The translations under genes were made by a program, and so were the position numbers. Under the pieces are notes generated by a model. That model was not told the origin of the DNA. It ran no database searches and was given only the letters and a program-made list of their open reading frames with translations. DNA of 64,000 bases from Pelagomonas calceolata (lineage: Eukaryota). Location: NCBI GenBank assembly GCA_918797485.1, contig CAKKNE010000001.1:3534001-3598000 (forward strand). The letters are read 5' to 3'. This document shows, piece after piece, positions 39,900 to 49,547 of this stretch; position 1 is the first letter of the stretch; the number at the start of each line of letters is the position of its first letter.

Positions 39900-41231
39900 A
39901 TGATGAGCCAGCAAGCACCGCGCGGCGGCTACGACCGCCCGCAAGAGGAATCGCCCCGGACGCGCCGGGGCCGCCGCGGCGGCAAGCGCCGCCGCCGCGA
40001 CCGGTCGAGCTCGCCACCGCGGGTCCCGGCCATAGAGCCGGCGCGGGGCTACCAACCACAGCTGCCGCCGCGGGGCTACGCGATGGCGCCGCGCGGCTGG
40101 GAGCCGCGCCGGTTTGCGCAGCCCGAGTCGCTCGCGCAGCTGCCTCCGCCGGCCCGCGCGCGCGTCACGCCCGGCGCGAGCCTGCGGCCCACGGCGCGCG
40201 TCGTGCCGGGCTCCGCCAAGCGCCGCGTCGTGCCCGGCAGCTCGCTCGGCCGCGCGCCGCCGCCCGCGCCCCCCGCCAAGAAGGCGAAATTGCGTCAAAA
40301 CGGCCGGGCCCTCTACGCGAGCCGCGCGGACCCCAACGGCCCGACGCGCGTCGAGGAGGACCCCGACGTCCGGGCGGGGCAGGCGCGCGCGCGGCGCGAG
40401 CGCGGCGCGATGGACCGCGCGCTCGCGGCCGCGCGCGCCGCGGCGCACGCAGCATCAAAGGCGGTCGACGCTGCCGAGGGGTCCGCCGTCGAGGCGACGT
40501 CGAACGCGTCGGAGGCCGTCGCAGCGGATCGGGAGGCGGCCGCCGACCGGGCTTTTGATGCGGCACTTGGCGCGAGCTCCCACGCGGCGGGGTCGTGCCG
40601 CCTCGCCGCGACGACCATCGCGGCCATCGCGACGGCCGTCGACGCGCTGGCGGAGGCCGAGCAGGCCGAAGAAGGAGCGGCCAAGAAAAGGAAGCCGCGC
40701 GCCCGCAAGGCGGCGGCGACGCAGGGCCGGGGCCGCGGCCGCGGCCGCGGCCGGGGCCGGGGGCCGCGCGTCCGCGCGGCGCCGCGGGCGCCGCCACGGA
40801 AGCGCGACCCGCTCGAGTGCCGAGGCGGCGTCTTCGCGAGGGCCTTCAAACTTCCGTACCACCGAGAGGGCGTCGCGGAGCTTCGACGCCGCGGTTCCAA
40901 TCGCAGGTTCGACGACGAGCACGAGCGGCGCGCGGCGGCGGCCGAGCAGGACCGGCTCCTCGCCGAGTCCCGGCGGCGCTTCCTCGCGGGCCGCCAGGGC
41001 GGCCCGGCAGTGCCACCACCTGCACCGCCGCCGCCGCCCCTGCCGCCGCGCTGGAGCGCGGCCGACCCCTACGTCGTCCTCGGCGTGCCGGCTGGCGCGC
41101 CGCGGCCGCAGCTGCGCAAGGCCTACCTGGCCCTGGCGCTGCAGTACCACCCCGACAAGAACACGAACGCGTCGGCGAGCGGCGCCTTCGCGGCGATCTC
41201 GCGCGCGTGGAAGGCCGTGTCGAGCGCCTAG
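39900..41231 (+). CDS. Protein with C-terminal DnaJ (J) domain
   Basis: DPYVVLGV...LRKAYLALALQYHPDKN...FAAISRAW; RG-repeat and low-complexity N-terminus. Confidence 0.85.
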   Translation: MMSQQAPRGGYDRPQEESPRTRRGRRGGKRRRRDRSSSPPRVPAIEPARGYQPQLPPRGYAMAPRGWEPRRFAQPESLAQLPPPARARVTPGASLRPTARVVPGSAKRRVVPGSSLGRAPPPAPPAKKAKLRQNGRALYASRADPNGPTRVEEDPDVRAGQARARRERGAMDRALAAARAAAHAASKAVDAAEGSAVEATSNASEAVAADREAAADRAFDAALGASSHAAGSCRLAATTIAAIATAVDALAEAEQAEEGAAKKRKPRARKAAATQGRGRGRGRGRGRGPRVRAAPRAPPRKRDPLECRGGVFARAFKLPYHREGVAELRRRGSNRRFDDEHERRAAAAEQDRLLAESRRRFLAGRQGGPAVPPPAPPPPPLPPRWSAADPYVVLGVPAGAPRPQLRKAYLALALQYHPDKNTNASASGAFAAISRAWKAVSSA

Positions 41232-41417
41232 ACTCGAGGCCGGTCGACGCGGGGCGCTAACATATGTAGTAGATCTGGCCCGGCGTGGCCACGGACGGCG
41301 CCGCGTGCCGGTCACCGTACGTAGTCGCGAGCCCCGATGGGATCCATAGGTAGGGAATTCTGGGAATTTACGCGTGCACGGAAGCAGGGAATGGGACGAA
41401 GGAATTCATGAGGTGGC

Positions 41418-43384
41418 TCAGGCGAGCTCCCGGAAGATGCGCCGCCCGAAACCAGTGTTCACGTTTTTCTGCATCATCGACTTGATGTCCGCGTGGTACT
41501 TGCCAGGGACTGTCATGACGCCGGCGTTGCCGCATTGCAAAGCTGACTCGAGCTTGTCTTCGGTGGCTGGGTCGAAGCGCACCCAATGCGGCGGCTTCAC
41601 CAAACTGTGCATCCCCATGCGCTCGGGGCTCTCCTCCCAGTACCAGGCCACCCTCGATCGATCGTACTTGATCACGGGCGGCGGACTCGACACCTGGGGC
41701 CCGCTCGCCTCGCGGATCACGCGCCGCGCGTAGCCCGTGGACATGCTCGTCTGCTGCATCTTGATGAGGTCGACGCCGTAACCTGGGTTCAGGCGACAGA
41801 ACGGCTTGTGCGCCATATGCATCTCCTCGAGCTTGTCGTTGTCGTTTGAAGAATAGGGCACGAAATTCGTGCCGGGCTTGAGGTTGGCGTGGTTGCGTAA
41901 CCGTTCCGCGGACCTGCGCAAATCATGAAGTGAGTCGAGTGCACAAAGTCACTTCTTGGCGACAACGCGGCCGTGACGACTGAATCGAGTGGTGGGAAAC
42001 CCACACCGCCACGCCATCGAGGCGGCGTCGCGTCGATGGCGTGGAGAAAATATGATTTCTACGCAGTCACGAACTCCTCCCAGTACCACTGCGGCTTACC
42101 CGCAAAACGGTAGACGGCCGGGCCGGTCCACCCTTGATGTATGTCGTTCCATTTTCCGTTGCCCATGATCATGACGCGGTCCTCGTGGCCCATGTAGTTG
42201 TTCGGCTCGTCCCGCGACCAGTTTGTATATTGGAAGGGCTTGCCGTCGGCCCACTTCCAGTTCGCGGACGTCGGCCCGTTGCCGCCGCCGATGCGGAGCG
42301 CCCCAATGAAGCAGAACTGCCCCCGTGCGACGCGCACGACGGCCTCGTTCTCCTCGGCGGACCCGATGGAGGCGACGGTGGCGCCGCGCTCGCGGGCCTT
42401 GCGCTCGTGCTCACTATATGAAATCTGCTCTTCATTCAAACGGTAGTAGCACGTCAGCTTCTCGACCTTCTCGTCAAAGGTCACGACTTTGAGCGGCGCG
42501 AGCGGCGGCGGAGGTGATGTGTCCCTCACACCGCGCGCGTCGCGCAATATGCGCCGCTTGTATCCATTTAAATTCTTCATCTGCGTCATGGCCGTGAGAT
42601 TCGCGGTGTACGACGCGTTGAGCGGCACGGACATTTGATTGGACTGCCAGGCCCGTTCCAATTTCTGCGTCGCCTCGGCCTCGTACGGCACCCAGTGGGG
42701 CCGTTTCAGGTTCTGGTGGAGGTGTAATCGTTCAGGTGACTCCTCCCAGTACCACTTCGCGTCCTCCGCTACGGGTTGTGCGAGCCTCGCTCTTTCTTCT
42801 TCGAGCTTCTTGCGCTCCGCCTCGAGCTTCTGGCGCTCGAACGCGAGCTTGTCCGCCTCGAGCTTCGCCCGTTCTTGCCGTAGTTCCTCCTCCTTGTCCT
42901 TGCCCGAGAAGGCACCAGAAACACCAGTGAGCCCAGAAAACTGCTTGCGCAGCGCGCGCATGGGCACGACCTGGGCCACCGGGGGAGCCACGGCGGCCAC
43001 CGGCATCACGGGAGCCCGAGAGGGGCCCTCGTCGTTCATGTCACCGGCCTTGGGCGTGACCCAGCCCGTCTTGCCGTCGGCCTTGCGCCCCCACACCTTG
43101 CCGTCGGCGTTCGTGGCAGGGGGCGGTTGTTGCGCTGTGTAGGGCGGCGGCGGCGCGCCCGCGTCGGGGAAGAAGCCCTGCTGGGGCTCGCCGTTCGCGT
43201 CGAAGGGCTGCGGCGGCGCGGCGCTGCGGGGCGACGTGAAGCTGTTGTACTGCGGCGGCGGCGCCCCGCCGTGGCCGGCCATGGCAGCCGCCTGGGCGCC
43301 CGTGACACAGCCCGGCGGCAGGTTTGCGGGAGCCGCGCTCGGCGGCGGCGGCGGGGCGAGGCTATGCTCGGCGTTGTAGTCCAT
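41418..43384 (-). CDS. Pro-rich, coiled-coil, WWE, C-type lectin, WWE, WWE protein; intron 41914-42074
   Basis: Three WYWEES..R...(W/F)V.(Y/F)...KLE...M.Q....G..RR units; CTL motifs FIGA, WKWADG, YTNW..DEPNN, GKWND. Confidence 0.8.
41914..42074 (-). mobile_element. Older full-length introner in the reverse orientation (161 nt)
   Basis: Degenerate TIR ctgcgtagaaatca...tgatttgcgcag; TSD gttcgtga vs gtccgcgg; splice restores WYWEESAERL. Confidence 0.85.
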
Positions 43385-43772
43385 GATGGTCCTGACTGCC
43401 TTTTCGCGTTGCGTGGGGCAGAGGCTGCCTCTGTTTGTCGCTCTGTTGCGAGAGCTCCTGGGATTTCAGGATTTTTTATTGTTTTTTATTCCGCCGCACC
43501 CGCACTCAAATGCGGAACGTCTAACGCCAACAGATAACGTTAACGGCTCTCGAGGACATCTTCTGGACGCGGCGCGGCGCTCTGCCACGATGCAAATTTG
43601 CCCCCGAGGTCTCGCGCCGCCGGCGGCACGCGGGCTCCGGAGCGCCGCGTATATTGATTGACTGCGTTGCAAACGAAGCATTTTGACGCTTGCGCGCACC
43701 AGTGCGCCGGACGGGAGCCTGAGCAGCGACCGAGACCCAAAAAGCATTTCAGCAGGGCAGCCCTACAAGCTT

Positions 43773-43925
43773 GCGCACGGCTCATACGGCCGCTGCCCCG
43801 GACCGCACGCGCGCGGCGACGGACGAGCGGAGACCGTAGCACGCCGCACGCCCTCGACGCGGCTGCCCGAGCAGCGGACGTCGCTACCGCGGCACGCGGC
43901 ATCGACGCGGCCGCCCAAAGCGCCA
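43773..43925 (+). repeat. Dispersed ~135-150 bp repeat, copy 1, immediately upstream of the BBS2 ATG
   Basis: gcgcacggctcatacggccgct...gacgagcgg..accgtagcac...gcacgcc.tcgacgcggctgcc.gagcagcggacgtcgc...gcccaaagc, shared with 49362-49496. Confidence 0.9.
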
Positions 43926-43927
43926 AC

Positions 43928-46270
43928 ATGGAGGTCTCCTACAAAGTAAGACTAGAAAAGCAGCTCGAGGCCGGCTTGTGCGCCGTCGGCCGCTTCGATG
44001 GGAACCACCCGGCCGTCGCGTGCGCGGCGGGCGCGTGCGGGCAAGTGCTCCTGTACGACCCGCATGATGAACTGCAGGTCACGACCACATCTGGAGCGCC
44101 TCCATTAAGAACGCTGAACTTCAACAAGACCATCACGGCGCTGGATGCCGGGCCTCTAGATCCGGCGCGGACGCGAGCCCAGGCCAAAACTACTAGAGGT
44201 GTCACGCCCGACGAGAACGACGACAAGGTCGTACGCGACGTGCTGCTCGTCGGTCTTGGGAGTGCGTTGATGGTCTACGACGTCGATCTCAACTCCGACA
44301 TCTTCTACCGGGAGTGCCCGGACGGGGTCTTCTCGTGTAGATTTTGTACCTTACAAGGTACTGAGCAGCCCTTAGCTGTTGTGGGAGGCAACTGCAGTGT
44401 AGTAGGCTTCGGCTGGCAGGGCACGGAGTTGTTTTGGAACGTGGCCGGCGACGACGTGCGATGTGTCGCTCCATGCGAGGGCGACCTGTTAGTCGGTAGC
44501 GACGATTATGAAATAAGAATCTTCCGCAAGGAGGAGTCCATTTACGAAATCTCGGAAGCGGACAAGGTCGTCGCGTTGTGTTCGCTGGGCAAAAGGGGCC
44601 GGTTTGCCTTTGGATTAGCCAATGGTACTGTGGGGGTCTACAAGAATAACGAAAGGCGGTGGCGCGTCAAATCCAAAAACGCTTTAGTGGCGCTGCTAGC
44701 CACGCAGACTAGGGACGTGGCTGCCGGCTGGTCGTCGGGTGCCGTGACGTTACGTTCAGCATCGAACGGCCAAGTTTTGTACCGGGACACGTTCGACGCT
44801 CCCCTTTGCAGTTTGGTCTGTGCGGACCTCAAGCTGAGCGGCTCTGTGCAATTGATCGCCGTCGGTGTCGATCTGTGTGGAAATCAACCAGTGTGTCGGG
44901 TGCAAAGTCATTTCTCGGCGATGGCGTGGCTGCGCTGGCTCCGTCGAGCGGTGGGGAACCGACACCGCCACGCCATCGAGCAGGCGTCGCGTCGATGGCG
45001 TGGAGGACAACGCGATGATTCAGCACGAACGCGCCGTAAATTTGATTTCCGCACAGGTGTCGACGGGGAAGTCCGCGGGTATCTACCGGCGGTCGTGGAG
45101 CGGGACACGTCGAAAGCCGAGGACGATCTGAGGCGGAAGCGGGAGATCGAGCAACTCCAGGCGGAGAAAAGGCGACTTGTTGGTGAACTGAGAGCGCTCG
45201 AGGACCAGCCTCAGACACCGTCTGACGATGCGCAGGGCATTCCTGGTGATACGCAGATTTCTTTGGACGTGGCGGCGCCCGTACATGGAGGCGGTTTCGA
45301 GCTTATAGTAGCCACGTCCAATGAGACGTACGTCGTCGGCGCCGTCGTGTTAGATACTGATGGTGGCCTGTTCGACGGCGAGACGTTGTCCTGTGCACCT
45401 GCCAGACCGACGGACAAGCTCGGGATCATTGTACGACCCAAAAAAAACTTCCCGGCCTCCCTCAAGTTACAAATCCACGTCGCCGCGCGGCCGATGTCGA
45501 CCTCGATACATGTGTATGAGGTCGATTATAAATTACCGAAGTTCTGCCGCTTCTACCGCGTCGCTGAAGAAGTCGCACAGCCTTCCAGTTGGGTCAAATT
45601 CGACGTCCCTACGAACGTGCAAAGGGTCGCGCAGTACCTCACGCAAGCATTTGTATCCACAGAAGCTGTGGAAACTGAAGATAATCAAGTCAAGGCGTAC
45701 TACGTCGGTTTGGATGGCTCACCGCTACGGGTCGAAGCTACAAAGGATACAACTGGAACGCAGGTCCGCGTCTCGACGAACGACCTGGCCACGGCGGCCG
45801 AGGTCGTCCAGGACATCTCGACAGCATTAGATGTTCATGAGCTCGAGAGCGAGGCGTCGTTTCCGGATGAGTCGAGAAGACTCAAAGAAACTTTAGAGAA
45901 AGTATCGACGCATAATAGCATCCGAGTTCGGTTGACGGCGGAGATGGCCGACGGAAGTTCACGGGTCAAGGCCTTAGTACTCAAAGCGGAGGACGCGCGA
46001 CTCATGGCGGACATGCCGCGCATGATGCGGAACTACGACGAATTGATGCGCGTGAACGAGGGGCTCATCGCCGAGTACAATAAGCGGGCGACGAACCACG
46101 AAGCTTTATTAGCTGCGTTGAAGCAGGTGAACCAGGTCGTGCAGCGGGCCTCGCAATTACGAGTTGGTAAAGCCAAAGCGAGGGTCGTCGCGGACGCGAG
46201 AAGGGCGATCAAGAAGGGCGACGCGGCGGCGCTGCTGTCGTTGATCGCCACGGGGCGGACCGGGGGTTAA
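43928..46270 (+). CDS. BBS2: Bardet-Biedl syndrome 2 protein (BBSome subunit); intron 44865-45056
   Basis: VGRFDG, VVGGNCSVVGF, ELFWNV, LVGSDDYEIRIF, FAFGLANGTVGVY, DGEVRGY, LTAEMAD, AEDARL, ASQLRVGK. Confidence 0.93.
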   Translation: MEVSYKVRLEKQLEAGLCAVGRFDGNHPAVACAAGACGQVLLYDPHDELQVTTTSGAPPLRTLNFNKTITALDAGPLDPARTRAQAKTTRGVTPDENDDKVVRDVLLVGLGSALMVYDVDLNSDIFYRECPDGVFSCRFCTLQGTEQPLAVVGGNCSVVGFGWQGTELFWNVAGDDVRCVAPCEGDLLVGSDDYEIRIFRKEESIYEISEADKVVALCSLGKRGRFAFGLANGTVGVYKNNERRWRVKSKNALVALLATQTRDVAAGWSSGAVTLRSASNGQVLYRDTFDAPLCSLVCADLKLSGSVQLIAVGVDLCGNQPVCRVQSHFSAMAWLRWLRRAVGNRHRHAIEQASRRWRGGQRDDSARTRRKFDFRTGVDGEVRGYLPAVVERDTSKAEDDLRRKREIEQLQAEKRRLVGELRALEDQPQTPSDDAQGIPGDTQISLDVAAPVHGGGFELIVATSNETYVVGAVVLDTDGGLFDGETLSCAPARPTDKLGIIVRPKKNFPASLKLQIHVAARPMSTSIHVYEVDYKLPKFCRFYRVAEEVAQPSSWVKFDVPTNVQRVAQYLTQAFVSTEAVETEDNQVKAYYVGLDGSPLRVEATKDTTGTQVRVSTNDLATAAEVVQDISTALDVHELESEASFPDESRRLKETLEKVSTHNSIRVRLTAEMADGSSRVKALVLKAEDARLMADMPRMMRNYDELMRVNEGLIAEYNKRATNHEALLAALKQVNQVVQRASQLRVGKAKARVVADARRAIKKGDAAALLSLIATGRTGG
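44865..45056 (+). mobile_element. Intact introner: element 44873-45056; 192-nt in-frame intron without stop
   Basis: TSD gtgtcgat (44865-44872) vs gtgtcgac (45057-45064); TIR 14/15; collinear with the 38714-38894 copy. Confidence 0.96.
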
Positions 46271-46686
46271 AGATTACGTTGTGGGTTTTTCTGTTGCTTT
46301 GCTAGGACTAGTGGGCCTGGGGACACCGCGCGTCGCCGATTCGTCGGCGGCGTGCCGCGCCTTTCATAGCAGCATCATACTGCCCTCAAAGCAGAGCCGC
46401 CTCGGCAGAACCCCCCGAACAAATTATTCTATCTGTTACGGTGTTAGGCTCGTGGGTATTTTCTAGTGTCTTACAGGACGCTAGTTCAAACAAATTGCCT
46501 GAAATTGGTTTTTGGCTCGTGCCGCGGGTTTAGAATCGTGTGCACTCCCTCGCGAGCCGCGCGACCTTCGCTGGACTGCCGCCGACGCCATCTTGGCTTC
46601 TGCGCTGCAAGACCTGGCAGCCACCGCGCAGCAGCACAAATCGACCTCGCTCTGGGATCTAGGGCGCAGGACACGACGGAAATCAA

Positions 46687-49104
46687 ATGGCCCACTCCGT
46701 AGGAGAAGTCGTCGAAGTCCTCGACGCGAGCAGCGGCTGGCTCCCCGCGAGAGTATTGCGGAGGCACGAGGACGGCGCCTACGACGTGAGCGTGAACCTC
46801 GACGAGACGATCCACCTCGGCGACGCGGCCGCCTGCCTGTCACTACTGTGCGCGGGCGACCAAGAATCGAAGATCCGAGCGGCGCTCGGTTTTTACCTTG
46901 ACCCGTCGAAGACGTCACTCACACTACCGGCGCTACGAGCTTACCTCACGTCCATCTTCAAGGTCGTCTTCGAGGCCCGGAACTTCTCGGATGAGGAACG
47001 TACAAAGAAGCCGTCTCCCCGGTCAACGGGAGACGCGACCGCTCGTCGCTGCTTCGAAGACCACGGCCTGACGGAAAATGAATCCATACACGTGGACGAC
47101 TTCGTGCAGTGGTACATCGATACTTTGTCTGGTAAAAGTACGACTGAGGAGGAGGAAGAGGACTGGACGGCGGAGGCCATCGTCGAAGCCGCCTTCAAGC
47201 CTACCGATGCGGAACAAGCGTTCGCGTACCTCGCGCAGTACCGCGATTCCAGAAATCAGGTCTCTAGACAAGCCTTCGCGGAGGCGATCCGGGGCATGCT
47301 CTCCACGGAACCCTCAGCATCGTTGACGAGCGCCACGGATGCTCTTTTTGACGCGTTCGACAGCGACGGCAACGGTAGTATCGATTTTGCTGAATTAGGT
47401 GCGGGTTTATCGGTATTGTGTGGCGGCGACGCGGAGCAGCGCGTGCGACTAGCTTTTTCATTATTTGATTTAGATGGGGACGGGACCATATCACCTCGGG
47501 AGATGACCCGTTATTTAGGTGCGGTGTTTCGCGTCGCGTTCGCGCCTGTGTGGAAATCAAATTTCGGGCGCCCCACGATGGCGTGGAGGCTCACGAAGGT
47601 CCACGCGATAACCTAACTCACTGGTTGATTTCCACGCAGGTTCGCGCGCGACGAGACGCTCCGAGCGAGAGTGGCCGCAACACCGGAAGAGCTCGCCGAC
47701 GCGACGGCGAAGCAGGCCTTCGCGCTGTGCGACACGAACCGAGACGGAAGGTTAGATTATCGAGAATTTAGGAGGTGGTACCTTACGCAGAATGGGGAGC
47801 AGGATTCGCAAGTCGTCGAGGCGCAGGACGCCATTGCCGCTCTACAGAACCGATTGCGCGGTTTGGACCCGCGGCAGGTGTTCCGGCAACTGGGGGCCTA
47901 CGCGAACGGCGAAGGAAGACTCACCAGAGCTCGCTTCGCGCGGGCCTTCGCGGAACTTTTTGGAGACGCTCCGGAATCGGATGCGAAGGCCGTGCTGAAC
48001 GCTGCTTTTGATCTCTTTGACGACAATAACGACGGTCTCGTGGACGGTGCTGAGCTCGCTGCAGGATTGGGTAGCTTGTGCGGTGGGCGGCACGACGTGA
48101 AAGTGAGGCTATGTTTTGATCTATTTGATGCGGACAACGACGGCTATCTGGACGAATGGGAGGTGAGGAGATACCTACGGTCAGTCTATCGCACCGCGCC
48201 GGGCCAAGATTTGATGGACGAAGACGGCGAGCGCGTGCGGCCGGAGGACTTGGCCGCGGCGACGGCCTCGACCATCATCCGGGAGGCGGACAGCGATGGG
48301 GATGGTCGCGTCTCGTTCGACGAGTTCGCGCGGTGGATCGCGTCCGATAGCGTCGAGGAGGAGTCAGACTCTTCAGAGGCGACCACGGAAGAGGCCATCA
48401 CCACGGAGGCCCTGTACGGCGAGTCCGAAGAAGATGATGATACCGATGCGGCCGCGTCCCAGGAAAGAAGTTCACCTAGGTACCAAACGGTTGACCCGGC
48501 GCCTCCGCCGGGCGCGGCTGCGGCGGTCCATGAGCTCCGGGAAGCTCGAGCTTTACTCAATCTGGACCACTTCTCGTTGGACGAGTTGGTGGAAGTTGTG
48601 GTGGAGGCGGCGCCGCGAGGTGGTTTAAGTGCGGAGGCCTTTGCCAAGGTCTGTCGGAGACTCGCGACGTTGGGGGGCAACGGCCGCGGCGACCAGGACA
48701 CGAGGAACGCCGCCGCGCGTTTATCTCGACGCATTTTCGCGGCGTTCGACGCCCAGGAGACGGACGACGTCGACTTCGTGGAGGTCGCCGCGGGCTTGGC
48801 CGTACTCGCGCCGGCGTCAATGGACGACAAGATCGAGGCGGCCTTCGCGTTGTACGACGTGACGAGAGGCGGCGTGGCCTTCGAGGAACTGCGGGGCTAC
48901 CTCCTGGCGGTCTACCGCGTCCTGCGGGCTTGTTCCGCCTCGCTCGCACTCCGCATCCACCAGGCCGGCGGGCCCCTGAAGCTCGCGGACGACACGGCGG
49001 CGGCGTGCTTCCGGTCGAGAAGATTAGGAGACGACGCGCCGCTCGACGTCCAGCTCTTCAAGGAGTTCGTCTGCGAGGGCATCTCGGCCGCCTACGAGCT
49101 CTGA
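46687..49104 (+). CDS. Multi-EF-hand protein (recoverin/calcineurin-B-like repeats) with N-terminal Tudor-like segment; intron 47538-47639
   Basis: DSDGNGSIDFAE, DLDGDGTISPRE, DTNRDGRLDYRE, DDNNDGLVDGAE, DADNDGYLDEWE, DSDGDGRVSFDE. Confidence 0.9.
47538..47639 (+). mobile_element. Introner: element 47546-47639 with perfect 8-bp TSD
   Basis: TSD gttcgcgc at 47538-47545 and 47640-47647; TIR 14/15; splice gives RVAFARDETLRARV. Confidence 0.95.
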
Positions 49105-49361
49105 CCCCTTTTTCCCCCCACCCCCCGCTCGACTAAAACTCGGATCCCTACTAGTCGTCGTGAATCGTCGTCGTTCGTGAAGAGAGAGAGTCCCTTATTG
49201 TGGAAGGGGCGGAAACCCGCACGAAAACGTGCCGAAACGCCCATGCTTGACGCGACCGTCTCGGTACCTCTCCGACGGGAGCCCGCAGCGATCTTAGTGG
49301 GCTCGAGCGTGTTGGGGGGGTAGGGGGTCCAGCCAACTGGCAGGCAGCAGCGGTTGTGAAC

Positions 49362-49496
49362 GCGCACGGCTCATACGGCCGCTAGCCCGGACTGCAGGCG
49401 CACGGCGACCGACGAGCGGTACCGTAGCACACAGCACGCCATCGACGCGGCTGCCTGAGCAGCGGACGTCGCACCGCGCGGCTGCCCAAAGCACCA
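49362..49496 (+). repeat. Dispersed repeat, copy 2, about 50 bp upstream of ATG 49548
   Basis: Aligns by eye with 43773-43925. Confidence 0.9.
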
Positions 49497-49547
49497 GTGG
49501 CTGCCCAAGCACAGCGGAGGACCGCGTTGCTGCCAAAAAGCACCACC

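Noticed and set aside
39841..39900. CAA/TAC-rich run
   Set aside because: Simple low-complexity sequence upstream of the J-domain gene; not telomeric.
7067..46270. Ciliary gene cluster (WDR90, BART-domain gene, BBS2)
   Set aside because: Spread over 39 kb among unrelated genes; no evidence of clustering beyond chance.
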